Counted from the stretch's first letter, positions 1-10,015 are shown. The stretch is DNA of 32,000 nucleotides from Micrococcus luteus NCTC 2665 (GCF_000023205.1 NC_012803.1:1590001-1622000), one strand, 5' to 3'. The notes: generated by a model from the letters alone, not told the origin. Numbers and translations: made by a program.

Positions 1-1960
1 CCACGTGCCACGGCTGGGCAGGGATGCCGGCCTCGAGGTCGGCCAGGACCTCGGCGGAGGGGTGGACCGCGCGCGGCGGGATCGTCGCCGAGCCCAGCTG
101 CGCGCCGGGCAGGAAGACCAGCCCCATCTCGTACAGCGCCAGATCGCGGAAGCCGCGTCCGAGGTTGCGGCGCGCGGTCTCGACGAGGCCCGGCAGCAGC
201 GACAGACGCAGGTGCCGGTACTGGGAGGCGATCGGATTGGCCAGGGCCACCATCGCCAGGGCCTGGCCCTGCGCGTCCGAGTCCGCCCCGAAACGCCGGT
301 TCTGCTCTTCGGAGACGAACGGGTAGGCGAGCACCTCGGTGAGACCTGCGGCCGCGAGCGCGGCCGACACGCGGCGACGCTGGGCCTGGCGGCGGGTGAA
401 GCCGCGGCCCGGCGGGGCCACGGGCACCACGGAGGGGATCGCGTCGTAGCCGCGCAGGCGCGCGACCTCCTCGGCGAGGTCCTCGGGGATGCGCAGGTCG
501 GTGCGCCACGACGGGGCGGTCACGGTCAGCCGCGGGGCGGCGCCGTCGGCGGCCTCGGTGACCCTCACCTCGGCGCCCAGGGCCCGCAGCGTCTCCACGA
601 CCTCGTCGGTCGTGTACGCCACACCCACCAGGGCGGAGGGGAAGTCGGCGGCCATCTCGACGACGGCCGGCTCCGGCCGCGTCCCGACGTCGGTGACCCC
701 GGGCTCGGCGGTGCCGCCGGCGAGCTCGACGAGCAGCTGGACGGCCCGCTCGGCCGCCTCGTCGGCGACCTCCCAGTCGACGCCGCGCTCGTTGCGCTTC
801 GACGCCTCCGAGGGCAGGCGGTGTCGGCGCCGCGTTCGCGCGATCGACACGGGGTCGAAGTTCGCGGACTCGACCACGATCGTGGTGGTGGCGTCCGTGA
901 CCTCGGTGGCGGCCCCGCCCATGACGCCCGCGAGGCCGATGGGGCCGGAGTCGTCCGCGATGAGCAGGTCCTCGGGGTCGAGCTCGCGCTCCTTGCCGTC
1001 GAGGGTGGTCAGGGTCTCTCCGGCCCGCGCGCGGCGCACCACGATCTCGCCGGAGAGCGTGTCCGCGTCGTAGAAGTGCAGGGGCTGGCCCAGCTCCCAC
1101 ATCACGTAGTTGGAGATGTCCACCGGCAGGGAGATGGTGCGGATGCCGGCCAGGCGCAGGCGCGCGGCCAGCCACGGCGGGGTCGGACGGGTCGCGTCCA
1201 CGCCGGAGACCGTGCGGGCCACGAAGCGGGTGGCCCCGGGCTCGCCGTGGATCGGCGCGTCGTCGGCGATCCGGACGGCCGGGCCGGCGTCGTCGGCCGC
1301 GGGCGGGTGGATGGCCGCGGCCGGGTCCGTGAAGGGCACGCCGGTGGCGTGCGCGTACTCGCGTGCGACGCCGCGCATCGAGAACGCGTAGCCGCGGTCG
1401 GGCGTCACGTTGATCTCGGCGGCCTCGCCGTGCAGGTCCAGGACGTCCCGGGCGTCGGTGCCCGGCTCGGGGTCGAGCCCGAGGTCGCCGAGCACGATGA
1501 TCCCGTCCGTGCCGTCGTCGCCCATGCCCAGCTCCGTGCTGGAGGCGATCATGCCGGCCGAGACGTGGCCGTAGGTCTTGCGGGGGCTGATGCGGAAGTC
1601 GCCGGGCAGCACCGCGCCGGGCAGGGTCACGACGACCTTGTCCCCGACCTCGAAGTTGTGGGCGCCGCACACGATGCCCTGCACGCCGGAGGGCTCGATG
1701 CCCTCGCCGGTGAGCGGCTGCTCGGCGCCCTCGGGCACCACCCGCACGGAGCACCAGTTGATGGTCTTGCCGTTCTTCTGCGGCTCGGGCTCCTTGGAGA
1801 GCACCTGCCCGACGACGATCGGGCCCTGCAGCTCGGCGGCCGGACGGTGGACGTCCTCCTCCTCGAGGCCGACGCGGACGAGGTCGGCCATCACGTCCTC
1901 GGCACGGTGCTCCGCGGGCACGGGGACGAACTCCCGCAGCCAGTCCAGGGGGATGCGCAT
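1..1960 (-). CDS. pheT: phenylalanine--tRNA ligase beta subunit (partial; 3' end runs off the window start)
   Basis: The minus-strand ATG at 1960 lies 4 nt after the pheS stop. Hand translation gives MRIPLDWLREFVP, and an internal stretch (1517-1558) reads AGMIASSTELGMGD, which is PheT-like. It is absent from the ORF track because there is no stop in the window. Only parts were hand-checked. Confidence 0.88.
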   Translation of the reverse strand, partial: MRIPLDWLREFVPVPAEHRAEDVMADLVRVGLEEEDVHRPAAELQGPIVVGQVLSKEPEPQKNGKTINWCSVRVVPEGAEQPLTGEGIEPSGVQGIVCGAHNFEVGDKVVVTLPGAVLPGDFRISPRKTYGHVSAGMIASSTELGMGDDGTDGIIVLGDLGLDPEPGTDARDVLDLHGEAAEINVTPDRGYAFSMRGVAREYAHATGVPFTDPAAAIHPPAADDAGPAVRIADDAPIHGEPGATRFVARTVSGVDATRPTPPWLAARLRLAGIRTISLPVDISNYVMWELGQPLHFYDADTLSGEIVVRRARAGETLTTLDGKERELDPEDLLIADDSGPIGLAGVMGGAATEVTDATTTIVVESANFDPVSIARTRRRHRLPSEASKRNERGVDWEVADEAAERAVQLLVELAGGTAEPGVTDVGTRPEPAVVEMAADFPSALVGVAYTTDEVVETLRALGAEVRVTEAADGAAPRLTVTAPSWRTDLRIPEDLAEEVARLRGYDAIPSVVPVAPPGRGFTRRQAQRRRVSAALAAAGLTEVLAYPFVSEEQNRRFGADSDAQGQALAMVALANPIASQYRHLRLSLLPGLVETARRNLGRGFRDLALYEMGLVFLPGAQLGSATIPPRAVHPSAEVLADLEAGIPAQPWHV

Positions 1961-1963
1961 GGA

Positions 1964-3091
<1,128 letters not shown>

Positions 3092-3130
3092 CTAGTGTCC
3101 GCCCCGGACATCACACCTAGGCTGAGGCGC

Positions 3131-3538
3131 ATGACCGCCCCGGACTCCCTCGACGGCACCGACCCGCTGCTGCGGGGCGTGGGCCTGGACGCGCAGACCC
3201 GCTGCGCCCATTACGCCACGGCGCGGGACGTCGTCGCCCTGCGCTTCGCCTGCTGCTCCGCGTACTGGTCCTGCCACCGCTGCCACGCGGAGCTCGCCGA
3301 CCACCCGGCCATGCCGGTGCCGGCCGGCGACTTCGACCGGCCGCACGTGCTGTGCGGGGTGTGCCGCACCGAGCTGAGCGTGACCGCCTACCTCGCCCTC
3401 GAGGCCGCCGCCGATCCCGCGTGCCCGGCCTGCGGGGCGCCGTTCAACCCGGGCTGCGCCGCCCATGCCCCGCTCTACTTCGACGTCCCCGCGTCCGGGT
3501 CCCCCGCCGGTGACGCCGATCCCGCGACACGGCCATGA
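3131..3538 (+). CDS. CHY zinc-finger domain protein
   Basis: This is the C-terminal part of the spurious 5..3538 ORF, from the ATG at 3131. The sequence CAHY...FACCSAYWSCHRCH...H...CGVC...CPAC fits the CHY-type zinc-finger Cys/His pattern. Confidence 0.75.
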   Translation: MTAPDSLDGTDPLLRGVGLDAQTRCAHYATARDVVALRFACCSAYWSCHRCHAELADHPAMPVPAGDFDRPHVLCGVCRTELSVTAYLALEAAADPACPACGAPFNPGCAAHAPLYFDVPASGSPAGDADPATRP

Positions 3539-3984
3539 CCGCGGCCCCCTCCCGGCCGTCGCCTCCGGCGCACGTGCGGGCGCGCGGGCTGTGGAACCTG
3601 CTGAACCTGGCGACGCCACTGGGGCTGGTGGGCGCCGTCGTCGCCGGCTGCGCGCTGCGGCCCGGGCCGCACGGGCTGATCGAGGCCCGCGGCTGGACGC
3701 ACCGGTTCCCGGGCGGGGCCGCGTTCACGGTCGGCGACGTCGTGTTCACCCGCCCCGGCCTGCGCATGACGCCCGCGCTGTGGCGGCACGAGGCCGGCCA
3801 TGCGGGCCAGTACGCCCTCCTGCTGGGTCTGCCCTTCCTGCCGGCGTACGCGCTCGCGGCGGCGTGGTCGACGTGGCGGACCGGGGACCCGGCGTCGCGC
3901 AACGTCTTCGAACGACGCGCGGGCCTGGCCCTGGGCGGCTACGTCGAGCGGCCCGTGGTCCGCGGCCTGCGGCCACGCCGCTGA
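3535..3984 (+). CDS. small hydrophobic protein with HExxH (HEAGH) motif, putative membrane metallopeptidase-like, function unknown
   Basis: The 149-aa ORF has an ATGA start/stop overlap with the CHY gene. It contains hydrophobic segments (LLNLATPLGLVGAVVAGC, YALLLGLPFLPAYALAAAW) and the motif WRHEAGHAGQ. Confidence 0.55.
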   Translation: MTAAPSRPSPPAHVRARGLWNLLNLATPLGLVGAVVAGCALRPGPHGLIEARGWTHRFPGGAAFTVGDVVFTRPGLRMTPALWRHEAGHAGQYALLLGLPFLPAYALAAAWSTWRTGDPASRNVFERRAGLALGGYVERPVVRGLRPRR

Positions 3985-4029
3985 CGGGCACGGGAGGTCG
4001 CGCCGACGCGGACCCGGGGTCCGGGGAGG

Positions 4030-4692
4030 TCAGTGCAGGGTGCCGCCGGGGACGTCGAGGTCGGGGCCGCCGGCCAGCGCCGTCAGGGCGGCCTCGGCCA
4101 CCGCGCGCGCCAGGTCGGCCGCGGGCAGGGCCGGGGTGTCCGGCGTCGGGCGGTGCTCGGCGTCCCACGGCACGTGGAGGAAGCCGGCGGCCCGGGCGGT
4201 GCCGGGGGCGTCGAGGAGGACGTACATGACGTGGTTGCACACGAACGCACCCGCGGACAGGGACGGCTCCGCGGCGACGCCGGCCGCCCGGATCGCGGCG
4301 ACGGCACGCTTGGCGGGCAGGGTGGCGAACAGGGCCGCGGGCCCGTCGGCGCGCACGGGCCGGTCCACGGGCTGCTCCCCCGCGTTGTCCGGGATCCGGG
4401 CGTCCTGCAGGTTCACGGCCACCCGCTCGACCCGGACCGCCGCCGTGCCGCCGGCCAGCCCGACGGCGATCGCCACCTCCGGCCGGACCCGGTCGAGGGC
4501 CGCGGTCAGGGCCGGCCCGGCCGCGCCGAACGCGCACGGCAGCTCGACCGCCTCGGCCGACACACCCCGGTCCGCCAGGATGCCCACGGCATCCCGTGCG
4601 GCGGCGATCGACGGGTTGTGGAGGTCGCCGCCGAAGGGCTCGAAGCCCGTGAGCAGGACGCGGGCGGCCGGGGCGGGTGCACGGGAGGTCAT
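4030..4692 (-). CDS. pcp: pyroglutamyl-peptidase I
   Basis: RVLLTGFEPFGG...NPS, the VGLAGG region and GAFVCNHVMY (catalytic Cys-His context) match peptidase C15. The start is set at internal ATG 4692 (MTSRAP). The ORF-track start at 4848 adds a non-homologous Arg-rich extension. Confidence 0.85.
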   Translation of the reverse strand: MTSRAPAPAARVLLTGFEPFGGDLHNPSIAAARDAVGILADRGVSAEAVELPCAFGAAGPALTAALDRVRPEVAIAVGLAGGTAAVRVERVAVNLQDARIPDNAGEQPVDRPVRADGPAALFATLPAKRAVAAIRAAGVAAEPSLSAGAFVCNHVMYVLLDAPGTARAAGFLHVPWDAEHRPTPDTPALPAADLARAVAEAALTALAGGPDLDVPGGTLH

Positions 4693-4759
4693 GGCGACCA
4701 CGGTAGGCGCGTCTCGGCGCCCACGCCACGCCCGGACTCGAACACGCTTGCGGGTCGAT

Positions 4760-4775
4760 TCGAACATGTGTTCTA
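4760..4775. promoter_or_regulatory. candidate LexA (SOS) box TCGAAC-ATGT-GTTCTA
   Basis: It matches 11 of 12 arm positions of the actinobacterial SOS box TCGAAC-N4-GTTCGA. It lies 9 nt upstream of the radical SAM ATG and in the divergent spacer to pcp. A second TCGAAC half-site is at 4738-4743. Confidence 0.6.
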
Positions 4776-4784
4776 CTTCTGGCC

Positions 4785-5858
4785 ATGCGATGGGAAGCGC
4801 AGACCCTGCGGTCCGAGGGCGGAGCCCAGCGGGCGACGGCCGGCACACCGGCCGGCTCCGCCGCCCTGCTGCCGCTCTCGGACCTGCAGCGGAGTGTCAC
4901 CACCCCGGAGTTCGCGGGCGTCACCTTCCATGAGGTGCTCGCCAAGACCGCACTGAACTCGGTGCCGTCCGCCTCGGCCATGCCGTTCCGCTGGACCGTG
5001 AACCCGTACCGCGGCTGCACCCACGCCTGCCGGTACTGCTACGCCCGCAGCACCCACACCTTCCTCGAGCTCGACGCCGGGGCCGACTTCGACCGGCAGA
5101 TCGTCGTGAAGGTCAACGTCGCCGAGGTGCTGCGCGCCGAACTCGCCCGCCCCACGTGGGGCCGCGAGGCGGTGGCGTTGGGGACCAACACGGACCCGTA
5201 CCAGCGGGCCGAGGGCCGCTACGCGCTGATGCCCGGGATCATCCGGGCCCTGGCGGATTCCGGCACGCCGTTCTCCGTGCTGACCAAGGGGACCCTGCTC
5301 GCGCGGGATGTGCCCCTGCTGCAGGCGGCCTCGCGCCAGGTGCCCGTGCAGGTCTCGCTGTCCCTGGCGATGCTCGACCCCGCCATCGCCGCCGCGGTCG
5401 AGCCGGGCACGCCGTCGCCGACCGCGCGCCTGCGCCTGATCGAGCGGCTCGCCGCCGCGGGTGCGGACGTCACCGTCATGGCCATGCCCCTGCTGCCGTG
5501 GCTCACGGACGGGGACCGCGAGATCGACGCCCTCATGCGCGCGCTGGCGGACGCCGGGGCCGCGCGCGTCATGCCGGGCGCCCTGCACCTGCGGCCGGGC
5601 GCGAAGGAGTGGTACCTGGGCTGGATCCGGCGCGAGCACCCGGATCTGCTGGCCGGCTACGAGCAGATGTACGCCCGGTCCGCCTACGCGCCCGAGTCGT
5701 ACCGTCGCATGCTCACCCGCGTGGCCGGGGAGGCCGCCGCACGGCACGGCCTGGCCCGCGGCGGCGCGCACGGCATCCGGCGCGAGGACGGTCCCCCGGC
5801 CCGGCGCGCCCCGGCACCCCGGCCCTCCGCCCCGGCGGCGCAGCCCGCGCTGTTCTGA
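4785..5858 (+). CDS. Rv2578c-family radical SAM protein (SplB/DNA-photolyase-like, COG1533 type)
   Basis: The 357-aa ORF has the CxxxCxxC cluster NPYRGCTHACRYCYAR and TNTDPYQ. The overall layout is typical of the actinobacterial Rv2578c-like family. Confidence 0.85.
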   Translation: MRWEAQTLRSEGGAQRATAGTPAGSAALLPLSDLQRSVTTPEFAGVTFHEVLAKTALNSVPSASAMPFRWTVNPYRGCTHACRYCYARSTHTFLELDAGADFDRQIVVKVNVAEVLRAELARPTWGREAVALGTNTDPYQRAEGRYALMPGIIRALADSGTPFSVLTKGTLLARDVPLLQAASRQVPVQVSLSLAMLDPAIAAAVEPGTPSPTARLRLIERLAAAGADVTVMAMPLLPWLTDGDREIDALMRALADAGAARVMPGALHLRPGAKEWYLGWIRREHPDLLAGYEQMYARSAYAPESYRRMLTRVAGEAAARHGLARGGAHGIRREDGPPARRAPAPRPSAPAAQPALF

Positions 5859-5892
5859 CCCGTCCGCGGGGCACGGCCGGCCGCGCGCCGGC

Positions 5893-6405
5893 TCAGCGCC
5901 CCGCCGAGAACGCCGTGGCGGCGCCGCGGAGCACCTCGGCCACGATCGGCCGGTCCGCCGGGATCCAGTCGAGGTGCCGCACGCCCGGCCCGGCGAGCGG
6001 CAGCCACGCCAGCAGATCGTGGTCCTGCAGGGCTCGGGGCGTCGCCCCCTGCTCCGCCAGGACGCCCCAGAACACCCGCATCCGGGCGCCGTTGGCCAGC
6101 TCCCACCCGGCCGGCTCCGGCGCCGCCACCTCGGGGCCGAGCCGCACGGCGACCCCGAGCTCCTCCCGACACTCCCGCAGCAGCGCCTCCTGGACGCCCT
6201 CCCCCAGCTCGACCTTGCCCCCGGGGAACTCCCAGAGTCCCCGCAGCGCGGCGGGCGCGCTGCGGCGGGCCGCCAGCAGGCGGGTCGGCGCGGCCGCATC
6301 GTCGAGCAGCGCGAGCCCCACGACCAGCCGCGGTCGCGCACCGTCCCGGGGCGACGTCGTCGGGCTGGCGGCGAGCACGGGGCGAGCGGGTGTGGCGGAG
6401 GTCAT
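5893..6405 (-). CDS. NUDIX hydrolase, MutT-like
   Basis: The 170-aa ORF carries the Nudix box WEFPGGKVELGEGVQEALLRECREELGV. Confidence 0.85.
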   Translation of the reverse strand: MTSATPARPVLAASPTTSPRDGARPRLVVGLALLDDAAAPTRLLAARRSAPAALRGLWEFPGGKVELGEGVQEALLRECREELGVAVRLGPEVAAPEPAGWELANGARMRVFWGVLAEQGATPRALQDHDLLAWLPLAGPGVRHLDWIPADRPIVAEVLRGAATAFSAGR

Positions 6406-6461
6406 GAGCCCAGGCTAGCGAGGCCCCCGCCCCCGCAGACCGGAGTCCGTAGGCTGGGCCG

Positions 6462-7784
6462 GTGCCCACCCCCACTCCCGCCGCCGACGGCGCCCACGAC
6501 CGTTCCCCCCGCGCCCCGCGTCCGACGCGCCCGGACCCGTCCATCCCGCCGACCGCGCCGACGGGCCCCGGCGCGCTGCTGGGCGGCCGCCGCGTGCGTC
6601 TGCTGCCGGCCATCCTCGCGCTGGCCCTGGGCAGCTTCGCGATCGGCACCACGGAGTTCGCGATGATGGGCCTGCTGCCGCAGGCGGTGGCCGACCTCGG
6701 CATCGGTCTCGAGGCCGGCGGCGTGCTCATCTCCATGTACGCGCTGGGCGTCGTGATCGGCGCTCCCCTGCTGGCCGCGTCCTTCGCCCGCGTCGACCGG
6801 CGGGTCACGAGCATCGTGCTGATGCTGCTGTTCGTCGTGGGGCACGTGGCCGCCTTCCTCGCCCCGGACATGGGGAGCATGATGGCGGCCCGGTTCGTGT
6901 CGGGCCTGCCCCACGGCGCCTACTTCTCCGCGGCCGCCCTGGCCGCGGCGGACCTCGCCGGGCCCGCCCGCCGCGGCCAGGCCGTGGCGTGGGTGATGGC
7001 CGGGCTGTCCGTGGCCAACGTGCTGGGCGTGCCGGGCGCGACGGCGCTCGGGCAGGCCGTCGGCTGGCGTTGGATGTTCGTCGTCGTGGCGGTCTGCGCG
7101 GCCCTGTGCGTCGGGGCGACCGCGTGGCTCGTCCCGTCCGTGCCGGCCCCCGCGGGCGCCTCGGTCGGCCGCGAGCTGCGCGGTCTGGCCCCCGGCCGCC
7201 TGTGGGCGACGGTGGCCGTGGGCGTGATCGGCTTCGCCGGCATGTTCGCGCTCTACACCTACATCGCGCCGCTGCTCACGGAGGTCGCGGGCCTCGAGGA
7301 ACGGTGGGTCCCCGCCGTGCTGGCCCTCTACGGCGTCGGCATGGTGATCGGCACGCTCGTCAGCGGCGCCCTCACGGACCGCGACCCGGTGGGCACCCTG
7401 CGCCTGAGCTTCGGGCTCAGCGCGGTCTCGCTGGCCGCCGTCGCGCTGACGGCCTCGTGGGCGCCGGTGATGATCGTGTTCCTCTTCTGCGTGGCCGTCA
7501 GCGGCTCCGGCATCGCCCCGTCCCTGCAGGTGCTGCTCGTGGACTCCGCGCCCACCGCACCCCAGCTGGCCGGTTCGCTCAACCACTCCGCGCTGAACAT
7601 GGCCAACGCGATGGGCGCGTGGGTCGGGGCGGCCGCGATCGGGGCCGGTGCGTCGCTGCGGACCCCGCCGCTGGTCGGTGCGGGCATCGCCCTGGCGGGC
7701 CTGGTGCTGGCGTTCCTGCTCGTGCGCCGCGACGTCGCGGCGCGGCCCGGCGTCCGGGCTGCCGACGACGGCTCGCCCCGCTGA
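6462..7784 (+). CDS. MFS transporter (AraJ/YdhP-like)
   Basis: The 440-aa ORF is hydrophobic throughout, with about 12 predicted TM stretches. The N-terminal LGSFAIGTTEFAMMGLLP and GAPLLAASFARVDRR (motif A-like) fit MFS. The GTG start at 6462 is uncertain. Confidence 0.8.
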   Translation: MPTPTPAADGAHDRSPRAPRPTRPDPSIPPTAPTGPGALLGGRRVRLLPAILALALGSFAIGTTEFAMMGLLPQAVADLGIGLEAGGVLISMYALGVVIGAPLLAASFARVDRRVTSIVLMLLFVVGHVAAFLAPDMGSMMAARFVSGLPHGAYFSAAALAAADLAGPARRGQAVAWVMAGLSVANVLGVPGATALGQAVGWRWMFVVVAVCAALCVGATAWLVPSVPAPAGASVGRELRGLAPGRLWATVAVGVIGFAGMFALYTYIAPLLTEVAGLEERWVPAVLALYGVGMVIGTLVSGALTDRDPVGTLRLSFGLSAVSLAAVALTASWAPVMIVFLFCVAVSGSGIAPSLQVLLVDSAPTAPQLAGSLNHSALNMANAMGAWVGAAAIGAGASLRTPPLVGAGIALAGLVLAFLLVRRDVAARPGVRAADDGSPR

Positions 7785-7794
7785 TCGGCCCGCT

Positions 7795-7824
7795 CCCGGC
7801 CGGGGCGATCCTCGTGCGGCCGGG
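7795..7824 (+). terminator. hairpin after MFS gene (8-bp perfect stem CCCGGCCG/CGGCCGGG, 14-nt loop)
   Basis: The inverted repeat was read directly. It starts 11 nt after the stop at 7784. There is no U-tract. Confidence 0.35.
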
Positions 7825-7873
7825 AAATCCCGAAAAAGCCGGGGCGCCAGAGGTGGCCCCCGGCGAAAATCCC

Positions 7874-7902
7874 TTGCTACGTTCCTTCTCGTACGTCAGA
7901 TT
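7874..7902 (+). promoter_or_regulatory. candidate promoter TTGCTA-17 nt-CAGATT for glsB/yeaQ-like gene
   Basis: -35/-10-like hexamers sit in the locally AT-richer spacer, followed by the RBS GAAAGGAA and the ATG at 7927. Confidence 0.25.
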
Positions 7903-7926
7903 CGCAACCCGAAAGGAACCATCATC

Positions 7927-8199
7927 ATGGGCATCATTGGCTGGATCGTTCTCGGTCTCATCGCCGGCGCCATCGCTCGCGCCATCCTCCCCGGACGTCA
8001 GGGCGGCGGGTGGCTCGGCGCCCTCCTCACCGGCATCGTCGGTGCTCTCCTCGGCGGCTGGATCGCCTCCCTGCTGTTCAACTTCGACGTGAACGAGAAG
8101 TTCTTCGATCTGGGCACCTGGATCTTCGCGATCATCGGCGGCGTTATCGTCGCCGCCGTGTGGCAGGCCATTACCCGCCGCACCGGCACCCGCGCCTGA
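7927..8199 (+). CDS. GlsB/YeaQ/YmgE family stress-response membrane protein
   Basis: The family signature is MGIIGWIVLGLIAGAIARAILPG...GALLTGIVGALLGGW. The start is set at internal ATG 7927, which is preceded by GAAAGGAA. Confidence 0.88.
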   Translation: MGIIGWIVLGLIAGAIARAILPGRQGGGWLGALLTGIVGALLGGWIASLLFNFDVNEKFFDLGTWIFAIIGGVIVAAVWQAITRRTGTRA

Positions 8200-8232
8200 G
8201 TGAGCTGAGCGGCCCGGGTTCCACCCGGGAAC

Positions 8233-8278
8233 ACGCAGAAGGGGCGGGGATCCACTCGGATCCCCGCCCCTTCTGCGT
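8233..8278. terminator. bidirectional terminator hairpin (21-bp perfect stem, 4-nt loop)
   Basis: ACGCAGAAGGGGCGGGGATCC-ACTC-GGATCCCCGCCCCTTCTGCGT lies between the convergent glsB-like and methyltransferase genes. Confidence 0.7.
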
Positions 8279-8311
8279 GTCCGGACGGCTGGCGACGCCT
8301 CGTGCGCCACG

Positions 8312-9208
8312 TCAGCCGGCGCGCCGTGCCCCCGCCATCGCGGACGAGTACAGGCACACCGTGGCGGCGGTCCCCACGTTCAGGGACTCCGCGGCCCCGT
8401 ACAGCGGCACCGCCACCCGGCGGTCCGCCAGCGCAAGCTCGCCGTCGTCCAGGCCCTGGGCCTCGTTGCCGAACAGCCACGCGGTCGGCGCGGCGACCAC
8501 CCCGGGGGCGAGGGCGTCGAGCCGGTCCGCGCCGTAGCCGTCGGCGGCCCACACCTGCAGACCTGCGGCCCGGGCTGCGGCCACGGCCGCCTCTGCGGGG
8601 ACGGCGGTGACCACGGGCAGGTGGAACAGCGACCCGGCGGTGGACCGGACCACCTTGGGGTTGAACGGGTCGACGGAGCCCGGCGTGAGGACCACCGCGT
8701 CCGCCCCGGCCGCGTCCGCGGCCCGGATGACCGTGCCGGCGTTCCCCGGGTCCTGCACGCGGCACAGCACGGCCGCCAGGCGCGCCTCCTCGAGGACCGC
8801 TTCGACGGCCTGCGGCTCCGGCATCCGCGCCACGGCGACGATGTCCTGCCCCGTCACGGCGTCGGCCATGGCGGTGAGCACCTCGTCGCTGGCCTCGCGC
8901 ACCAGGACGCGCTCACCACCCGGCGTCGGGCGGTCCCGGACGCGCGCCACGAGCTCGGCCAGCGCGGGGTCCCGGTCCACGAGTCCGCCGGACACGTACA
9001 CCTGGGTCAGCACCCGCCCGGCGCGCCACTGCCCCGCGGCGGCCGTCGGCCCCTCCCCCAGGTGGGCGCGCAGGGCCTCGCGGCAGGCCTGCGGCCCCTC
9101 GACGAGGAACGTGCCCGTCCGGCGTCGGGCGGAGCGGCCCGCCAGGGCTGCCACCGCGCGCACGCGCTCGGCGCGGGGATGGGTCATCGGCTCGGCGTGC
9201 GGGGTCAT
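8312..9208 (-). CDS. TrmH/SpoU-family RNA 2'-O-methyltransferase (TsnR-like)
   Basis: The motifs VQDPGNAGTVIRAADAAGA, FGNEAQGL and ESLNVGTAATVCLY are SpoU methylase motifs. The gene lies downstream of rplT, as in other actinobacteria. The start is set at ATG 9208 (RBS AGGAAG). The longer 9301 start would place a 14-bp-stem hairpin inside the CDS. Confidence 0.85.
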   Translation of the reverse strand: MTPHAEPMTHPRAERVRAVAALAGRSARRRTGTFLVEGPQACREALRAHLGEGPTAAAGQWRAGRVLTQVYVSGGLVDRDPALAELVARVRDRPTPGGERVLVREASDEVLTAMADAVTGQDIVAVARMPEPQAVEAVLEEARLAAVLCRVQDPGNAGTVIRAADAAGADAVVLTPGSVDPFNPKVVRSTAGSLFHLPVVTAVPAEAAVAAARAAGLQVWAADGYGADRLDALAPGVVAAPTAWLFGNEAQGLDDGELALADRRVAVPLYGAAESLNVGTAATVCLYSSAMAGARRAG

Positions 9209-9248
9209 GGGGTCTTCCTGGTCGGGGCTCGGCTGCGGGTGCGCAGAC

Positions 9249-9289
9249 GCCGACGGGGCGGGCCTCGGTGGAGGACCCGCCCCGTCGGC
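9249..9289 (-). terminator. hairpin after rplT (14-bp perfect stem GCCGACGGGGCGGG/CCCGCCCCGTCGGC, 13-nt loop)
   Basis: The inverted repeat was read directly. It lies between the rplT stop (9345) and the methyltransferase start (9208). Confidence 0.5.
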
Positions 9290-9344
9290 GGGGGTGCTCA
9301 CGCCTGGGGCGTGGTGGTGGGGCTCTCAGGGCCCCGGAGCCGGC

Positions 9345-9731
9345 TCAGCGGGAGGCGGCGGGGGCGTTCACGTCCGCGGGCAGCGCCTCGCGGGCGGTCT
9401 TCACCAGCACGGCGAAGGTCGCGGCGTCGGAGACGGCGATCTCGGCCAGCATGCGGCGGTCCACCTCGACGCCGGCCAGCTTGAGGCCCTGCATGAAGCG
9501 GTTGTAGGTCATGCCGTTGGCGCGGGCGGCCGCGTTGATGCGGGTGATCCACAGGCGACGGAAGTCACCCTTGCGCTTGTGGCGGTGCTGGTAGTTGTAG
9601 GTGAACGAGTGGAGCATCTGCTCCTTCGCCTTGCGGTACAGGCGAGACCGCTGGCCGCGGTAGCCGGAGGCGCGCTCCAGCATGGTCCGACGCTTCTTGT
9701 GGGCGTTCACTGCCCGCTTCACACGTGCCAC
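9345..9731 (-). CDS. rplT: 50S ribosomal protein L20
   Basis: (M)[14 protein letters not shown]...[15 protein letters not shown] is canonical L20. It has a GTG start with TGGAG upstream. Confidence 0.97.
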   Translation of the reverse strand: MARVKRAVNAHKKRRTMLERASGYRGQRSRLYRKAKEQMLHSFTYNYQHRHKRKGDFRRLWITRINAAARANGMTYNRFMQGLKLAGVEVDRRMLAEIAVSDAATFAVLVKTAREALPADVNAPAASR

Positions 9732-9820
9732 GTGCGTACTCCAATCTGTGTGGTCCCCGGGGCGCGCACTGGCGCGTCACGGCCGAGGAGGAAGGGGTTC
9801 CGGCGAGGCCGGAGGGGGTG

Positions 9821-10015
9821 TCAGATGCCGAGCATCCGCTTGATCTGCTTGATGCTGCCCTTGGAGACGAGCTGGTCGCCCTTGAGACGGCGGGTCAGGC
9901 GCGAGGACTTGTGCTCCAGGTAGTGGCGACGGTTCGCCTGCTGGCGCATGATCTTGCCGGAGCCGGTCACGCGGAAGCGCTTCTTGGCACCGCTGTGGGT
10001 CTTCATCTTCGGCAT
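9821..10015 (-). CDS. rpmI: 50S ribosomal protein L35
   Basis: [24 protein letters not shown]... is canonical L35. The RBS GAAGGAGAA lies upstream. Confidence 0.97.
   Translation of the reverse strand: MPKMKTHSGAKKRFRVTGSGKIMRQQANRRHYLEHKSSRLTRRLKGDQLVSKGSIKQIKRMLGI

Noticed and set aside
8312-9301. Longer 329-aa form of the TrmH-family methyltransferase
   Set aside because: The extra 31 codons are Pro/Ala/Ser-rich and would contain the 14-bp-stem hairpin that looks like the rplT terminator. The ATG at 9208 has a proper AGGAAG SD.
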